Source of the DNA: Halomicronema hongdechloris C2206
Lineage (GTDB): Bacteria; Cyanobacteriota; Cyanobacteriia; Phormidesmidales; Phormidesmidaceae
Assembly (NCBI RefSeq): GCF_002075285.3
Contig: NZ_CP021983.2
Coordinates: 1,290,001-1,322,000 of the forward strand
Reading direction: 5' to 3'
DNA: 32,000 bases
The translations under genes were made by a program, and so were the position numbers. Positions 1-9,810 of this stretch are shown piece by piece. The notes beneath the pieces are model-generated. The model did no database searches. It was not told where the DNA came from and was given only the letters and a program-made list of their open reading frames with translations. Position 1 is the stretch's first letter. Every line of letters starts with the position of its first letter.

Positions 1-951
1 GTGATAGGCCGACCGATACTCTATGCCAGCGGCGGCCAGCACCTTAGCCCATCCCCGAGCACTGAAATTCTTGGCGTCCATCGGTCCCCCCTCTGGAGCC
101 GGGAACACCAGATCGTCGCCCTCGACGCCTGCAGACATTCGCGATCGCAACATCTCAGCCAGGGAAGCACTCAGCTTCACTTCCCTGGGTTTCTTGGTTT
201 TGGTGTCCTTAAACTCTCCATGGCTGTAGGCTTCACCAAGCCAGACCACGGTGCAATCTTCATTCAGGTGGCGCCACCGGAGCCCATTTACCTCCCCAGT
301 TCGGCATCCCGTCGCAAACTTGAACTGGACATAGTCGGCATAGTGGCAATAGTAGGGAGAGTCCCTGAACCCTTGAATGATTCGTTTGACCTCATCCCTG
401 CTGAATGCTCTAGGCTTCTGCTTTGGCGACTTGCGGATTGTCAATTCTGACCAGGGGTTAGCCGTCACCAATTCCTGCTCTATGCCCCAATCCCATGCAG
501 CCTTGAGCAGGCCCAACCGCTCAAACACTGTGGACGGCTCTAGGTTTTCCATAAGCCATTGCAGGAAGTCGTCAGCAGTGTCTTCGCTCCCCACAGCACC
601 GTCGCCAAAATATTCTCGAAGCCAGGTCACCAGGCCGTAGTACTTCTCTAAGGTGCGAGCCTGGACCCGCTTCGCTTTCCACTCAATGAACCGCTCGAAC
701 AAGTCAACAGCGGTTATGATCTGCGGTTGCTGGCTGGGGTCTGTGCGGTATTTCCCCAACGTTGCGTCAAAGTTATTGGAGAGCATATCCAGCCGAATTT
801 CTGAGGCCCGGCGCTTTGCAACCTCAACGTTGATCGGGTCATACCGTAACCCAAGGCTGAGGTAGTAGCGCTTCCCATGGTGGCGCCACCGGAGCTGTAT
901 CCATCCCTCTTTGTTCGCGATCGCAACTTCGCCTTTAGGTGTCCTGGGCAT
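1..951 (-). CDS. tyrosine recombinase / phage-type integrase, 5' part (3' end runs off the left edge of the window)
   Basis: My own reverse-strand translation; it is absent from the ORF track because there is no in-window stop. ATG at 951-949, then MPRTPKGEVAIANKEGWIQLRWRHHGKRYYLSLGL...FKFATGCRTGEVNGLRWRHL...LVFPAPEGGPMDAKNFSARGWAKVLAAAGIEYRSAYH, open to position 1. The TGxRxGExxxLxW box-I arginine motif is typical of tyrosine recombinases. The gene lies immediately 3' of a tRNA gene. Confidence 0.8.
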   Translation of the reverse strand, partial: MPRTPKGEVAIANKEGWIQLRWRHHGKRYYLSLGLRYDPINVEVAKRRASEIRLDMLSNNFDATLGKYRTDPSQQPQIITAVDLFERFIEWKAKRVQARTLEKYYGLVTWLREYFGDGAVGSEDTADDFLQWLMENLEPSTVFERLGLLKAAWDWGIEQELVTANPWSELTIRKSPKQKPRAFSRDEVKRIIQGFRDSPYYCHYADYVQFKFATGCRTGEVNGLRWRHLNEDCTVVWLGEAYSHGEFKDTKTKKPREVKLSASLAEMLRSRMSAGVEGDDLVFPAPEGGPMDAKNFSARGWAKVLAAAGIEYRSAYH

Positions 952-965
952 AATTCACGGCACCA

Positions 966-1033
966 TTCCGCACCCATTAAACAGCCAAAAGCCCCATTCT
1001 TTCGTCAAATTCCGGGAAGCTTCCGCACCCATT
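966..1033. repeat. pair of 13-nt direct repeats TTCCGCACCCATT (966-978 and 1021-1033), 55 bp apart, between integrase start and tRNA 3' end
   Basis: Exact 13/13 match read directly from the sequence. The position between an integrase gene and a tRNA end is where arm-type recombinase or excisionase binding sites are usually found. Confidence 0.5.
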
Positions 1034-1095
1034 TCCCCGTTTTGCCAGCCCTATGCAATCGTTGAAATGCCTTGAAGCTACGGGTTTTCAGGGGA

Positions 1096-1169
1096 TGGAC
1101 GTAACTGGACTCGAACCAGTGACCTCCACGATGTCAACGTGGCGCTCTAACCAACTGAGCTATACGTCC
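1096..1169 (-). tRNA. tRNA-Val (anticodon GAC)
   Basis: The reverse complement folds by hand into a 74-nt cloverleaf: acceptor GGACGTA/TACGTCC, D arm GCTC-AGTTGGTTA-GAGC, anticodon arm CCACG-TTGACAT-CGTGG, variable AGGTC, T arm ACTGG-TTCGAGT-CCAGT, discriminator A. CCA is not encoded. Confidence 0.88.
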
Positions 1170-1309
1170 AAGCGAGATATCACAGTAGCACAGGAGCTTT
1201 ATCCGGTGCAATAGTTGACCCCACAGGGGCCTGAGCTATTGTCACCATGGCGGAGTAAACCCCTTTAGGATAGAGAAGGTTGATTTGAAGTTTTGTAAAG
1301 GTTGCCCCC

Positions 1310-2101
1310 ATGGCAATTGACTGGCAGGAAGTCTCTGGCAACTGGTTGTGGGTTCCCCCTCGTCCCAAGGCCATCATTCATTTTTTGGGCGGAGCGTTTG
1401 TAGCGGCAGCCCCTCATCTCACCTACCAGTGGCTGCTAGAACAGTTAGGGCGACAAGGATACGCGGTTGTGGCCACGCCGTTTGTCAATACCTTCGACCA
1501 TGCCACCATCGCCAAAGAAGTCGCGATTACCTTCGAGCAGGGGTGGCATTATCTCCACCGACAACGGGGGCTAGGTTATCTACCGATTTACGGGTTAGGT
1601 CACAGTATGGGTTGCAAAGTTCATCTGCTAATCAATAGCCTGCCCCTGAAGCATTCCCAGAGTACCGAGCGGGCTGGCAATATCCTCATGTGTTTCAATA
1701 ATTATCCGGCTCGGCGGTCTATCCCGCTGCTGGATCAGGTGATGCAGTTTTCTCCCAATCTGGCGGTGGAATTTACCCCATCTCCTCAACAAACCCTGGA
1801 GATTGCTGCCGAGCAATACTCCGTGCGCCGCAATCTTCTAATTAAATTTCGCCGGGATGAGATCGATCAAACCCACTCCCTAGCCGATGTGCTGGTGTCT
1901 CGGTTCCCTGAGTTAACCACAGTGCAGATTCTACCTGGCACCCATACGACTCCTGTCGCCCAGGACATCTCCTGGCAACCAGGCCAGTCCTACAGCCCAT
2001 TAGATGCCATTGGCCAATTCATTAAACAGGAGTTCTATCGCGATTTGAATCGATTGCAGAGAGCCGTTTTGCTCTGGCTAGATCCGATAGGGGTCTTGTA
2101 G
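1310..2101 (+). CDS. alpha/beta-hydrolase-fold protein, DUF1350-like (conserved in cyanobacteria and plastid lineages)
   Basis: 263-aa ORF with normal composition. It carries a GHSMG nucleophile-elbow motif (GxSxG). The N-terminal pattern IHFLGGAF...P..TY..LLE.L...GY.V.ATP resembles the DUF1350 family as I recall it. Confidence 0.6.
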   Translation: MAIDWQEVSGNWLWVPPRPKAIIHFLGGAFVAAAPHLTYQWLLEQLGRQGYAVVATPFVNTFDHATIAKEVAITFEQGWHYLHRQRGLGYLPIYGLGHSMGCKVHLLINSLPLKHSQSTERAGNILMCFNNYPARRSIPLLDQVMQFSPNLAVEFTPSPQQTLEIAAEQYSVRRNLLIKFRRDEIDQTHSLADVLVSRFPELTTVQILPGTHTTPVAQDISWQPGQSYSPLDAIGQFIKQEFYRDLNRLQRAVLLWLDPIGVL

Positions 2102-2293
2102 GGAGTGAAGCAGGGTTGCCCATTGCGACGGGCTGGATGGAGAGCGAAGCGGTAATACCATCGTTTGATCGCTGCCATGAGCTATTAGGCAGCTGTAAAG
2201 GACCGGGAGTGCTAAGGGCTAATCTGTGCCAAAATCTGAAATCTGGTTTGTTAGACTGATGAAAACAGTTACAAACCGCAGGATCGATACCCT

Positions 2294-3778
2294 ATGACGG
2301 TTGCTACCTCGCCCACTCAGCTGCTGCGCACCCAAGAAATTCCCCATTTAAGTTATACGGCCACGCGCGACCGCTTCGATGATACTTGGGAAGCTCCCTT
2401 GGCCACTCTGCTGGGGTTGGGCCGTGCGGCTGGAGCCGACTTAGTCGAGTTTTTCCTAGAGCACAATCACTTTATTAGCTGCCTAGCCGAAGACGATGCC
2501 ATTACCAGCCTCTCCCCGCGGCTGGTTACCGGTGCTGGGGTGCGCGTCTTTCGGGGTAAGGGCGACTGCTATGTCAGCACCAATGATCTCTCCTTCACTG
2601 GGTTGAAAGTGGCCCTGGAAAAGGGGCTAGCAATCTTAGGCCTATCGTTGCCGGGGCCTCACGCCCACATTCCTGAGATCAATTTGGAGTTAATGCGGGA
2701 CTATGCCGCTGCCAACCAGAAGGAAGGCTGGCTGCAGCGGTGCAGTTCCATGCAAGAGATGGGGGATGTGCTGTTGGCGGCCAATGGTGTCTTGGCCCGG
2801 CAGGCGAGCCATATCCAGGCCCGGCGGGCCACGTATTTTCGGGATTGGCAGGAAGTCTTGGTGGCCGCCAGTGATGGCACCTTTGCCCGCGATATTCGCC
2901 TGACTCAATCGGTGGGCTTTAATCTGCTCTGTGCCGACGGCGACCACCGCAGCTCTATCAGTCAGCGGCAGGGTGATAGCAGTGATCCCAATTTTCTGCG
3001 CCAGTGGGACTACGAAACGACGGCCAATGGGATTGCCGAGTCGGCTGGGAAGATGCTCTATGCCGACTATGTGGAGTCGGGTAACTATCCCATTATCATG
3101 GCCAATCAGTTTGGCGGGGTGATTTTCCACGAAGCCTGTGGTCACCTGCTAGAGACGACCCAAATCGAGCGGGGCACCACTCCCTTCATCGATAAGAAAG
3201 GGGAGAAAATTGCCCATGAGAGCTTGACGGCTTGGGATGAGGGGCGGTCACCTCAGGAGTTTGGCACCCTAGACATGGATGATGAAGGGATGCCTACCCA
3301 GCGCACGCTGTTGATCGAAAACGGCGTCTTGAAGAATTTCCTCAGTGATCGGGCGGGGGCCCTGCGCACTGGCCATCCCCGTACCGGCAGTGGACGGCGG
3401 CAAAACTATACCTATGCCGCGGCGTCGCGCATGCGCAACACCTATATTGCCCCGGGCGATTACTCCTTGGAAGAACTCTTTGCCTCGGTGGATAAGGGCA
3501 TCTATTGCAAGAAAATGGGCGGCGGCAGTGTGGGCCCTACCGGCCAGTTCAACTTTGCCGTCGATGAGGCCTATTTGATTGAAAATGGCCAGATTACCAA
3601 ACCCCTCAAGGGGGCCACGTTGATTGGGGAGGCCAAGGAGATCATGCAGAAGATTTCCATGTGCTCTCAGGATTTGGGGCTGGCACCGGGGTTCTGCGGC
3701 TCGATTAGTGGCAGTATTTATGTCACCGTAGGGCAGCCCCACCTGAAGGTAGACTCGATTACGGTCGGTGGCCGCTAG
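2294..3778 (+). CDS. tldD: metalloprotease TldD (TldD/PmbA, peptidase U62 family)
   Basis: 494-aa ORF with the HEACGHLLE metal-binding motif and a glycine-rich C terminus ([13 protein letters not shown]...GxxL) typical of TldD. It is followed by its usual partner pmbA. Confidence 0.88.
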   Translation: MTVATSPTQLLRTQEIPHLSYTATRDRFDDTWEAPLATLLGLGRAAGADLVEFFLEHNHFISCLAEDDAITSLSPRLVTGAGVRVFRGKGDCYVSTNDLSFTGLKVALEKGLAILGLSLPGPHAHIPEINLELMRDYAAANQKEGWLQRCSSMQEMGDVLLAANGVLARQASHIQARRATYFRDWQEVLVAASDGTFARDIRLTQSVGFNLLCADGDHRSSISQRQGDSSDPNFLRQWDYETTANGIAESAGKMLYADYVESGNYPIIMANQFGGVIFHEACGHLLETTQIERGTTPFIDKKGEKIAHESLTAWDEGRSPQEFGTLDMDDEGMPTQRTLLIENGVLKNFLSDRAGALRTGHPRTGSGRRQNYTYAAASRMRNTYIAPGDYSLEELFASVDKGIYCKKMGGGSVGPTGQFNFAVDEAYLIENGQITKPLKGATLIGEAKEIMQKISMCSQDLGLAPGFCGSISGSIYVTVGQPHLKVDSITVGGR

Positions 3779-3869
3779 GGTATCTCTGGGATGATAGGGT
3801 ATCAGCGGACCACAGGTCTGCTATATCAGTCTGCTCAGTTATTTCATTTCACTCAATCACAGCGCAATC

Positions 3870-5213
3870 ATGCCAACGGTTCAAGACATTGCAACCTATG
3901 CCGAGACCAGTGCCCGCAAGTTGGGGATTGGGAAGTACGACCTCTACGGGGCGTCGGTGGATGAAACCAGCGTCCAGGTGGATAAGGGAGAGCCGAAGCA
4001 GGTCAAGGCCTCTCAGCGCTCGTCGGTGATCGTGCGGGTCTGGAATGATCAGGGCCGCCTCGGGGTTACCACCACCACCGATGTCGATCCGAAGGGGTTG
4101 GAGTTGGCGCTGCAGACGGCCCAGGAAGCCAGTGCCTTCGGAGCCAAGGAGCATATCCCTGACTTTAGTCCTGAGGCAACAGCTGCCATTGCTGATAAGG
4201 ACGTGGGGCTGATTCCCCCGGTAGAGGTGCCTGAGTTGCTTGAGACCTTGGTTACGGCAGAACAGGCATTGCTGAATGCTCACCCTGCGATCGCAAGTGT
4301 GCCCTACAACGGCCTGGCCCAACGGAGCCTGGAACGGTTCTACCTCAACAGTGCCGGGGCCCGACGCCAAGAAAATCGCTCCTACGCGTCCATTTACCTC
4401 TACAGCAAGACCGAGCAAGAGGGGCGCAAGCCTCGCTCTGCCGGGTCGATTCGACTCCATCGAGGGCTACAAAAGCTGGACGTGCAAGCTTGCATCAAAG
4501 AAGCCCAAGAGAAAACCATCAGTCATCTAGACTATCGCCCCATTCCTTCCGGCCAGTATCGCGTCGTGTTTTCGGCCGAAGCCTTTCTCAGTCTGCTTGA
4601 CGCCTTCTCCAACCTATTCAACGCCCAGAGCATTCTCGATCGCCGTAGCCTATCCACCCCAGACTCCCTGGGTACCCAAATCGCCTCACCGCTGCTGACG
4701 GTTTACGACGATGCCCTCCATGCCGAGAATATCAGCGCCGAAACCTTCGACGGCGAAGGTACCCCCACCCGGCGAGTGGCCATTATCACCGCCGGGAAAC
4801 TGAGTAACTTCCTCCACAGTGCTGGTACCGCCAAGCGGCTAGGTGCCCAACCCACAGGCCACGCCAGTATCGGCGCTAAAGTCAGCGTCAGTCCCTCCTT
4901 CTACCACGTGGTTGCGGCAGAGTCGGCCCCTGAGCCCCTGAGCCTAGACACCGCAGATAATGTGGTCTGGATCGACGAGCTACAGGCCCTTCATGCCGGC
5001 GTCAATGCCCTGCAGGGCGCCTTCTCTTTGCCCTTTGACGGCTGGCTGGTGAACCAAGGCAAACGAGTCAGCATCGAATCGGCCACCGTCGCCGGGGACA
5101 TTCGCTCGGTGCTGCAGTCGATCCTCTATATCGAACCAGAGCCGGAAATTACTCCAGGCGGCGTATGTCCTCGCGTCTGGGTGGATGTCCTGTCTATCAC
5201 TGGCGAAGCCTAA
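3870..5213 (+). CDS. pmbA: metalloprotease PmbA/TldE (TldD/PmbA family)
   Basis: 447-aa ORF directly downstream of tldD. It has the family-typical C-terminal region (FDGEGTPTRR..., GHA...S..N, G.F..P..G) and lacks the HExxxH motif, as expected for PmbA. Confidence 0.82.
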   Translation: MPTVQDIATYAETSARKLGIGKYDLYGASVDETSVQVDKGEPKQVKASQRSSVIVRVWNDQGRLGVTTTTDVDPKGLELALQTAQEASAFGAKEHIPDFSPEATAAIADKDVGLIPPVEVPELLETLVTAEQALLNAHPAIASVPYNGLAQRSLERFYLNSAGARRQENRSYASIYLYSKTEQEGRKPRSAGSIRLHRGLQKLDVQACIKEAQEKTISHLDYRPIPSGQYRVVFSAEAFLSLLDAFSNLFNAQSILDRRSLSTPDSLGTQIASPLLTVYDDALHAENISAETFDGEGTPTRRVAIITAGKLSNFLHSAGTAKRLGAQPTGHASIGAKVSVSPSFYHVVAAESAPEPLSLDTADNVVWIDELQALHAGVNALQGAFSLPFDGWLVNQGKRVSIESATVAGDIRSVLQSILYIEPEPEITPGGVCPRVWVDVLSITGEA

Positions 5214-6109
5214 CCTTGCCATTCCCTTAAGCTGACCCTCACGGGCCGGGCCATTGCTTCAGGTTGTGGCGACGAGGGAGAGGCTTCATCTAAGTAGCAC
5301 CTGAGGTGGTCCCCTTCCACAATGACGTCACCGAGAGAGGTGCGAATGCATAGCCGGCCCGGTTCATGGCGAACTACATCCTCTAGTAACTTAGGGGGAT
5401 TTGGGTTTTTTACAGCAGCCCCCGGGGGAGATGGTTGAGCCACAGGGGCTGGCACCCGGTGAATTGGAGGCGGTGGCAGCGGGACGACCAGCGACGCTGG
5501 GTCAGCAGCCGTGGACTCATTCTGCCGAGATGATCTAACTGCTGCAGTTGGTCGAGCCGGTAAATACTGAGTCTCTTCCGCCTGGTCTTTGTCCAGCCAC
5601 ACCACCCAATCATCGCCCTGGTGGGCTGTTTCCCCTAGGTAGGTTTTCAGGAAGAGGGTACCCTGATTCAAGATAATGTCGCGAATTGGGTACCACTCCC
5701 GCTGGGTGAATATCAATAAATCAGTTTGGATGGCCTGCCGTTGTAGATGGCGACGGCGGGTCCACCAACTTTTCCATAGCTCTCGGGCTTGGGTGTAGCG
5801 CAACTCATAGCCAGCGGGAGTGGGGTGATATTCGTAGCGACAAACCTCTGGGGCAGCATCACAGCCAACGGGGACATAATCGTGAACCAGCAAGACCTTT
5901 TGCAATAGCTCAGCATAATCCGTCTGCTTCCGTATACAGACGGTCGGTGGTAGTTCTCTTAATTGGGCGACGGCTAACCATTGGCCATGCTGACCGATTA
6001 ACTGACAGTCGTTGTCAGCCGGTTGAATTCTCAAATGCTGATTCGACTTCAAACAAGCATTCCCTTGAACGAATAGGCGAATCAGACTTAAATCATCGAG
6101 GGTAGACAT
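5210..6109 (-). CDS. hypothetical protein with proline-rich central linker
   Basis: 299-aa ORF with coding-like composition. The central stretch is PLPPPPIHRVPAPVAQPSPPGAAVKNPNPP. I recognise no family. Its stop codon (5210-5212) overlaps the pmbA stop codon (5211-5213) on the opposite strand. Confidence 0.6.
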   Translation of the reverse strand: MSTLDDLSLIRLFVQGNACLKSNQHLRIQPADNDCQLIGQHGQWLAVAQLRELPPTVCIRKQTDYAELLQKVLLVHDYVPVGCDAAPEVCRYEYHPTPAGYELRYTQARELWKSWWTRRRHLQRQAIQTDLLIFTQREWYPIRDIILNQGTLFLKTYLGETAHQGDDWVVWLDKDQAEETQYLPARPTAAVRSSRQNESTAADPASLVVPLPPPPIHRVPAPVAQPSPPGAAVKNPNPPKLLEDVVRHEPGRLCIRTSLGDVIVEGDHLRCYLDEASPSSPQPEAMARPVRVSLREWQG

Positions 6110-6311
6110 GGGATCACTGGCACCCTAACGCGGCATGGTCGATTCCCTGGGGCTGTCTGCACGGAAGTACTGATGTAGCCGGCAGCTCAGGATTGGTATC
6201 GCAAATCGCAGTTTGTCGGGACGATTTGGATGCCTGAAATCCCTGGGCAGCAAGATGTGTACTTCTGCCTTTACTATGGCTATGCTGGCAGTGGTTTGCC
6301 CTATCCTCAGG

Positions 6312-6333
6312 GTTCCCACCCTAGGGTGGGAAC
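6312..6333. repeat. perfect 22-bp palindrome GTTCCCACCCTAGGGTGGGAAC flanked by 8-bp direct repeats ATCCTCAG (6303-6310, 6338-6345)
   Basis: The palindrome equals its own reverse complement when read directly. It lies in the 438-bp divergent intergenic region between the 5210-6109 gene (-) and the 6548 gene (+). Confidence 0.7.
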
Positions 6334-6547
6334 GCTCATCCTCAGTTGTCTAGGGCTAGCCAATCGATCTTCCTGAACTAAGCAGTTGAGCAAGCAACCA
6401 TGCCCTAAAACGACAACTGCCAATTCCCCCTTTCCCCGGCATTGCAGCGGGTTCGGATCACAAGAACTGGTGGGGGGCCAACCCTTGAATATAACAGCAG
6501 CTTAATTTCTGTCTCTAGAGTCAGCCGCTCTGCATGATTTTTCGCTA

Positions 6548-6817
6548 TTGTCTAACGATACCGTCACCCATCAGGATGCTATGGATACATCGCCCCCTCA
6601 GGAAGACCTGATCTCATTTTTGCGCTATGAGTTAGCCGTACCGGTAGATTCGATTAATTTGGGCCTGCGGCAGAGTCGTCATGCCCCCAACCTGCTACCT
6701 ATCGTGCTCTGGCAGTATGGTCTGGTTAGCACCCAGCAGCTCGATCAGATCTTTAAGTGGCAAGAACAACAATCTCAAGTTAGGGATTCCGCACCCAGTT
6801 GGTTACGCTTGGGGTGA
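6548..6817 (+). CDS. small conserved cyanobacterial protein (DUF2949-like)
   Basis: 89-aa ORF from a TTG start; an in-frame ATG at 6581 is an alternative start. The pattern LISFLRYELAV..DSI.L.LRQ....NLLPIVLWQYGLVS..QLD.IF.W resembles DUF2949 proteins as I recall them. Confidence 0.55.
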   Translation: MSNDTVTHQDAMDTSPPQEDLISFLRYELAVPVDSINLGLRQSRHAPNLLPIVLWQYGLVSTQQLDQIFKWQEQQSQVRDSAPSWLRLG

Positions 6818-6890
6818 CTGTCAGCCTGTAATTGGAGTCATCCCCATTACAGGTGGGTCTGTCGCTGGCTAACTTACTTGGGCCGTTGCC

Positions 6891-8414
6891 ATGTCTTTTG
6901 CATCCAGTGTTCGGCATTTTCAAACCCTGGTGATCTCCTTCCATTCCATCATCGCCATCGAGACCGTAGAAGAAGAGCGAGTCGAAACCCTGATTCATAC
7001 TGCCTGTAAGGATCTGCAGATGATGGTGTTTGAATGGAGTGTAGCCCAGGGACTGATGCGGTCGCCGGGGAGCCCCGGCAATCGCTGGCGCAATGGTAGC
7101 GATGGTCAACGGCCTACCCCCATCGGTAAAACCACCGATCCCCTGGATATGTTGCGTCACTTGGACGGCATCACCTACCGAGCCATTTACTGGCTGAAGG
7201 ATTTCGGCCGCCATCTGAAGGACCCGGTGGTAGCGCGTCAATTTCGCGAGGTGGCCCATCAGTTTTCCTTCAATCGCTCCACTCTGGTGATCACAGAAGA
7301 CAGTATGCGGTTGCCCTCTCCCCTGCACCAGGAAGCCGTTTACTTTGATTTGAAGCTACCCTCGCCGGATGAACTCTACCAGACCATTTCCCAAGTAATG
7401 CGAAATCTCGGCAGTCGGGCCAAAGTCGATCTCAGCCCGGAAGATATTCATGCTCTGGTGCAGGCGATGCGAGGCATGACTCTAAAGCAGGCCCGCCAGG
7501 TCATTGCCTATGCCGCCCTGGCCGATGGGAAGCTGATCGCCACCGATGTGGAGCGGGTGGTGCAACGGAAGGCCCAGGTTATCCATGAGGGGGGACTGCT
7601 GGATTATCTACCGGCGGCGGCGAATATGGCCCAGTTGGGCGGCTTCCAGGGACTGAAGGCGTGGTTGCAGCGGGCTTGGGTCGGCTTTAGCCCCGAGGCC
7701 CATCGCTATAACCTCCCGGCCCCGAAGGGCATCTTGATCGTGGGGGTGCAGGGTTGTGGTAAGTCTCTGGCGGCCAAAACCGTGGCCCGACAGTGGAAGC
7801 TACCGTTGCTGAAACTCGATGCTGGGCGTCTATACGACAAGTACATCGGCGAGTCGGAGAAAAACTTTCACCGGGCCGTGACCATGGCCGAGACCATGGC
7901 GCCGGTGGTGCTTTGGATTGATGAAATCGAAAAGAGCATGGGCCAAACCAGTGGGGAGGGTGATGGTGGCCTCAGTCGCCGATTGTTTGGCTCATTCCTC
8001 ACCTGGCTGCAGGAGAAGTCCCAGGATATTTTCGTGGTGGCGACGGCCAATGACCTGTCGCAATTACCGCCGGAATTACTGCGGAAGGGTCGCTTCGATG
8101 AGATCTTTTTCGTGGATCTCCCCGATGCCGCTGAGCGGCAGGCCATTTTAGAGATTCACTTGCAGCGCCGCAACCAAGCGATTTCGACCTTTCATTTGGA
8201 TACCCTAGTCCAGGCCACCGAAGGCTTTAGTGGGGCAGAGATCGAACATGTCATCAATGCCGCCCTCTACCGGGCATTGTATGAGCAACGGCAGTTGGAC
8301 ACGGCCCTGCTGCTCCATGAAATTACCAGCACTGTGCCCCTATCCATTGCCCGCCGGGAGGACATGCAGCGGCTGCGGGCTCTGGCCCAGGAGCGGTTCG
8401 TCACGGTGAGGTAG
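6891..8414 (+). CDS. AAA+ ATPase, Ycf46-like
   Basis: 507-aa ORF with Walker A GVQGCGKS and Walker [10 protein letters not shown]. The second region of homology is [21 protein letters not shown]. The N-terminal domain ([16 protein letters not shown]) resembles cyanobacterial/plastid Ycf46. Confidence 0.8.
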   Translation: MSFASSVRHFQTLVISFHSIIAIETVEEERVETLIHTACKDLQMMVFEWSVAQGLMRSPGSPGNRWRNGSDGQRPTPIGKTTDPLDMLRHLDGITYRAIYWLKDFGRHLKDPVVARQFREVAHQFSFNRSTLVITEDSMRLPSPLHQEAVYFDLKLPSPDELYQTISQVMRNLGSRAKVDLSPEDIHALVQAMRGMTLKQARQVIAYAALADGKLIATDVERVVQRKAQVIHEGGLLDYLPAAANMAQLGGFQGLKAWLQRAWVGFSPEAHRYNLPAPKGILIVGVQGCGKSLAAKTVARQWKLPLLKLDAGRLYDKYIGESEKNFHRAVTMAETMAPVVLWIDEIEKSMGQTSGEGDGGLSRRLFGSFLTWLQEKSQDIFVVATANDLSQLPPELLRKGRFDEIFFVDLPDAAERQAILEIHLQRRNQAISTFHLDTLVQATEGFSGAEIEHVINAALYRALYEQRQLDTALLLHEITSTVPLSIARREDMQRLRALAQERFVTVR

Positions 8415-8453
8415 GCCTGGAGCCGGGATCGGGGTCTACGTTAGGGTAGAGCT

Positions 8454-9263
8454 ATGACGATTGCAGACTTGATCGATTGGTTTGAGGGCTGGGCCGCTCC
8501 TAGCTGGCAGGAGAGTTGGGATAACTGCGGCTGGCAGGTGCAGCCGGGAGTACTGGAGCAGCCGCCGCAGGTGCTGGTGTGCCTGACGCCGACCTTAGCC
8601 GTGGTGCAGGAGGCCCTGGCGCTGCGGCAGCAGGGCACCCCAGTGAATCTTATCTTTGCCCACCACCCCTTGATCTTCAGCCCCTTGAAGGTCGTTGATC
8701 GGGGGAATCCGGTGGGAGAGATGGTGCGGTTAGCTCTGCTGCATGGCATTGGCATCTATAGTGCCCATACCAACTTTGACCAGGTAGCCGATGGTACCGC
8801 CGATGTGTTGGCGCAACTGCTGCACCTCCAGGACCCCGAGCCGGTGGTGCCGACTGACGCCGGGATCGGCTATGGCCGGGTGGGGAATTTGCCGCAGCCG
8901 CAGCCGCTGAAATCGCTGTTGTTGACCATTCGCCAGGTGTTATCGCCGCCGGATGTGCTCTTTTCTCCGCAGGCCGATCTGAGCCAGCCGGTTCAGCGAC
9001 TGGCGGTGTTGGGGGGCTCGGGGGCCAGCTTCTTGAAGGCGGTGGCCCAGACGGGGGCCCAAGCCTATCTCACTTCGGATTGCAAATTCCATCAGTTTCA
9101 GGAGGGACGCGATCGCAACCTGGTTTTGATCGATGCTGGTCACTACGCCACCGAACGGCCTGCCTGCGCCCGTCTAGTAGACCATTTCCAGCGGCAGGGA
9201 GTGGCCTGGGCCGGCTTAAGCCAGCAAGACGAAGACTTTCGCCAGTTTCTGACTCCGCTATAG
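8454..9263 (+). CDS. Nif3-like dinuclear metal-centre protein (GTP cyclohydrolase 1 type 2 homolog family)
   Basis: 269-aa ORF. Recognised motifs are DNCGWQV near the N terminus, HHPLIF, YSAHTNFD, and C-terminal DAGHYATE, all typical of the NIF3/YbgI family. Confidence 0.85.
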   Translation: MTIADLIDWFEGWAAPSWQESWDNCGWQVQPGVLEQPPQVLVCLTPTLAVVQEALALRQQGTPVNLIFAHHPLIFSPLKVVDRGNPVGEMVRLALLHGIGIYSAHTNFDQVADGTADVLAQLLHLQDPEPVVPTDAGIGYGRVGNLPQPQPLKSLLLTIRQVLSPPDVLFSPQADLSQPVQRLAVLGGSGASFLKAVAQTGAQAYLTSDCKFHQFQEGRDRNLVLIDAGHYATERPACARLVDHFQRQGVAWAGLSQQDEDFRQFLTPL

Positions 9264-9265
9264 AT

Positions 9266-9739
9266 ATGGTGGATTCTTCTCTGTCCCTAGTATTGAGCGC
9301 CCTGGATGACAGCATCTACGGTCAAGTGGTGCTGCAGGTATCAATGCCATCGGCCTCCCTCTATCTGGCCGCCCAGGGGCAGTCCGTGGGGTCGATTGGC
9401 CAGAGCATCGCCCAGGGTATCGACGAGCTGGGCGGGACAGTACTAAGGCAAGAATTGCGGCTAGTACAGGGAGCCCCTCACTTACGGATACAGGCCCAGC
9501 TATCTACGGTGTCCCATGACCATGGCCAACGGCTGCGGACCGCGGTGATAGCAGCAGGCGGAGATGTCAGGCGGCTACGGCTCAGATTCCCTAGCCATGG
9601 CCCTAACTTTACCCAGCGTCAACCCTCGACCTGCCTAGGTTGTCGCCATTATTATGGTCGAGGTCACGGTCGCACTCGCCTGATCTGCGCCATGCATCCC
9701 CTGGGACCCGAGACCGACCCCTGCCCCGACTACAACTAG
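9266..9739 (+). CDS. hypothetical protein with C-terminal four-cysteine motif
   Basis: The track ORF 9080-9739 overlaps the Nif3 gene. The in-frame ATG at 9266 sits 3 nt after the Nif3 stop and gives a 157-aa product. It ends in CLGCRHYYGRGHGRTRLICAMHPLGPETDPCPDYN (CxxC...C...C). I recognise no family. Confidence 0.5.
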   Translation: MVDSSLSLVLSALDDSIYGQVVLQVSMPSASLYLAAQGQSVGSIGQSIAQGIDELGGTVLRQELRLVQGAPHLRIQAQLSTVSHDHGQRLRTAVIAAGGDVRRLRLRFPSHGPNFTQRQPSTCLGCRHYYGRGHGRTRLICAMHPLGPETDPCPDYN

Positions 9740-9810
9740 TACTGGCCAGTAAATATTACGCCCCTCTATCCATTAAAGTCCGACGGTAGACTTCATAGGG
9801 GAGTCCTGTT

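Noticed and set aside
1-977. Track ORFs 1-450, 23-229, 377-640, 653-865 and 877-1065 (plus) and 714-977 (minus)
   Set aside because: Their composition is odd (Ser/Arg/Pro-rich). They lie antisense to, or out of frame with, a continuous reverse-strand frame that translates into a clear tyrosine recombinase from the ATG at 951 to the window edge.
9080-9739. 219-aa ORF overlapping the last 184 nt of the Nif3 gene
   Set aside because: The upstream part is an out-of-frame read through the Nif3 coding sequence. The in-frame ATG at 9266, just after the Nif3 stop, is the more plausible start.
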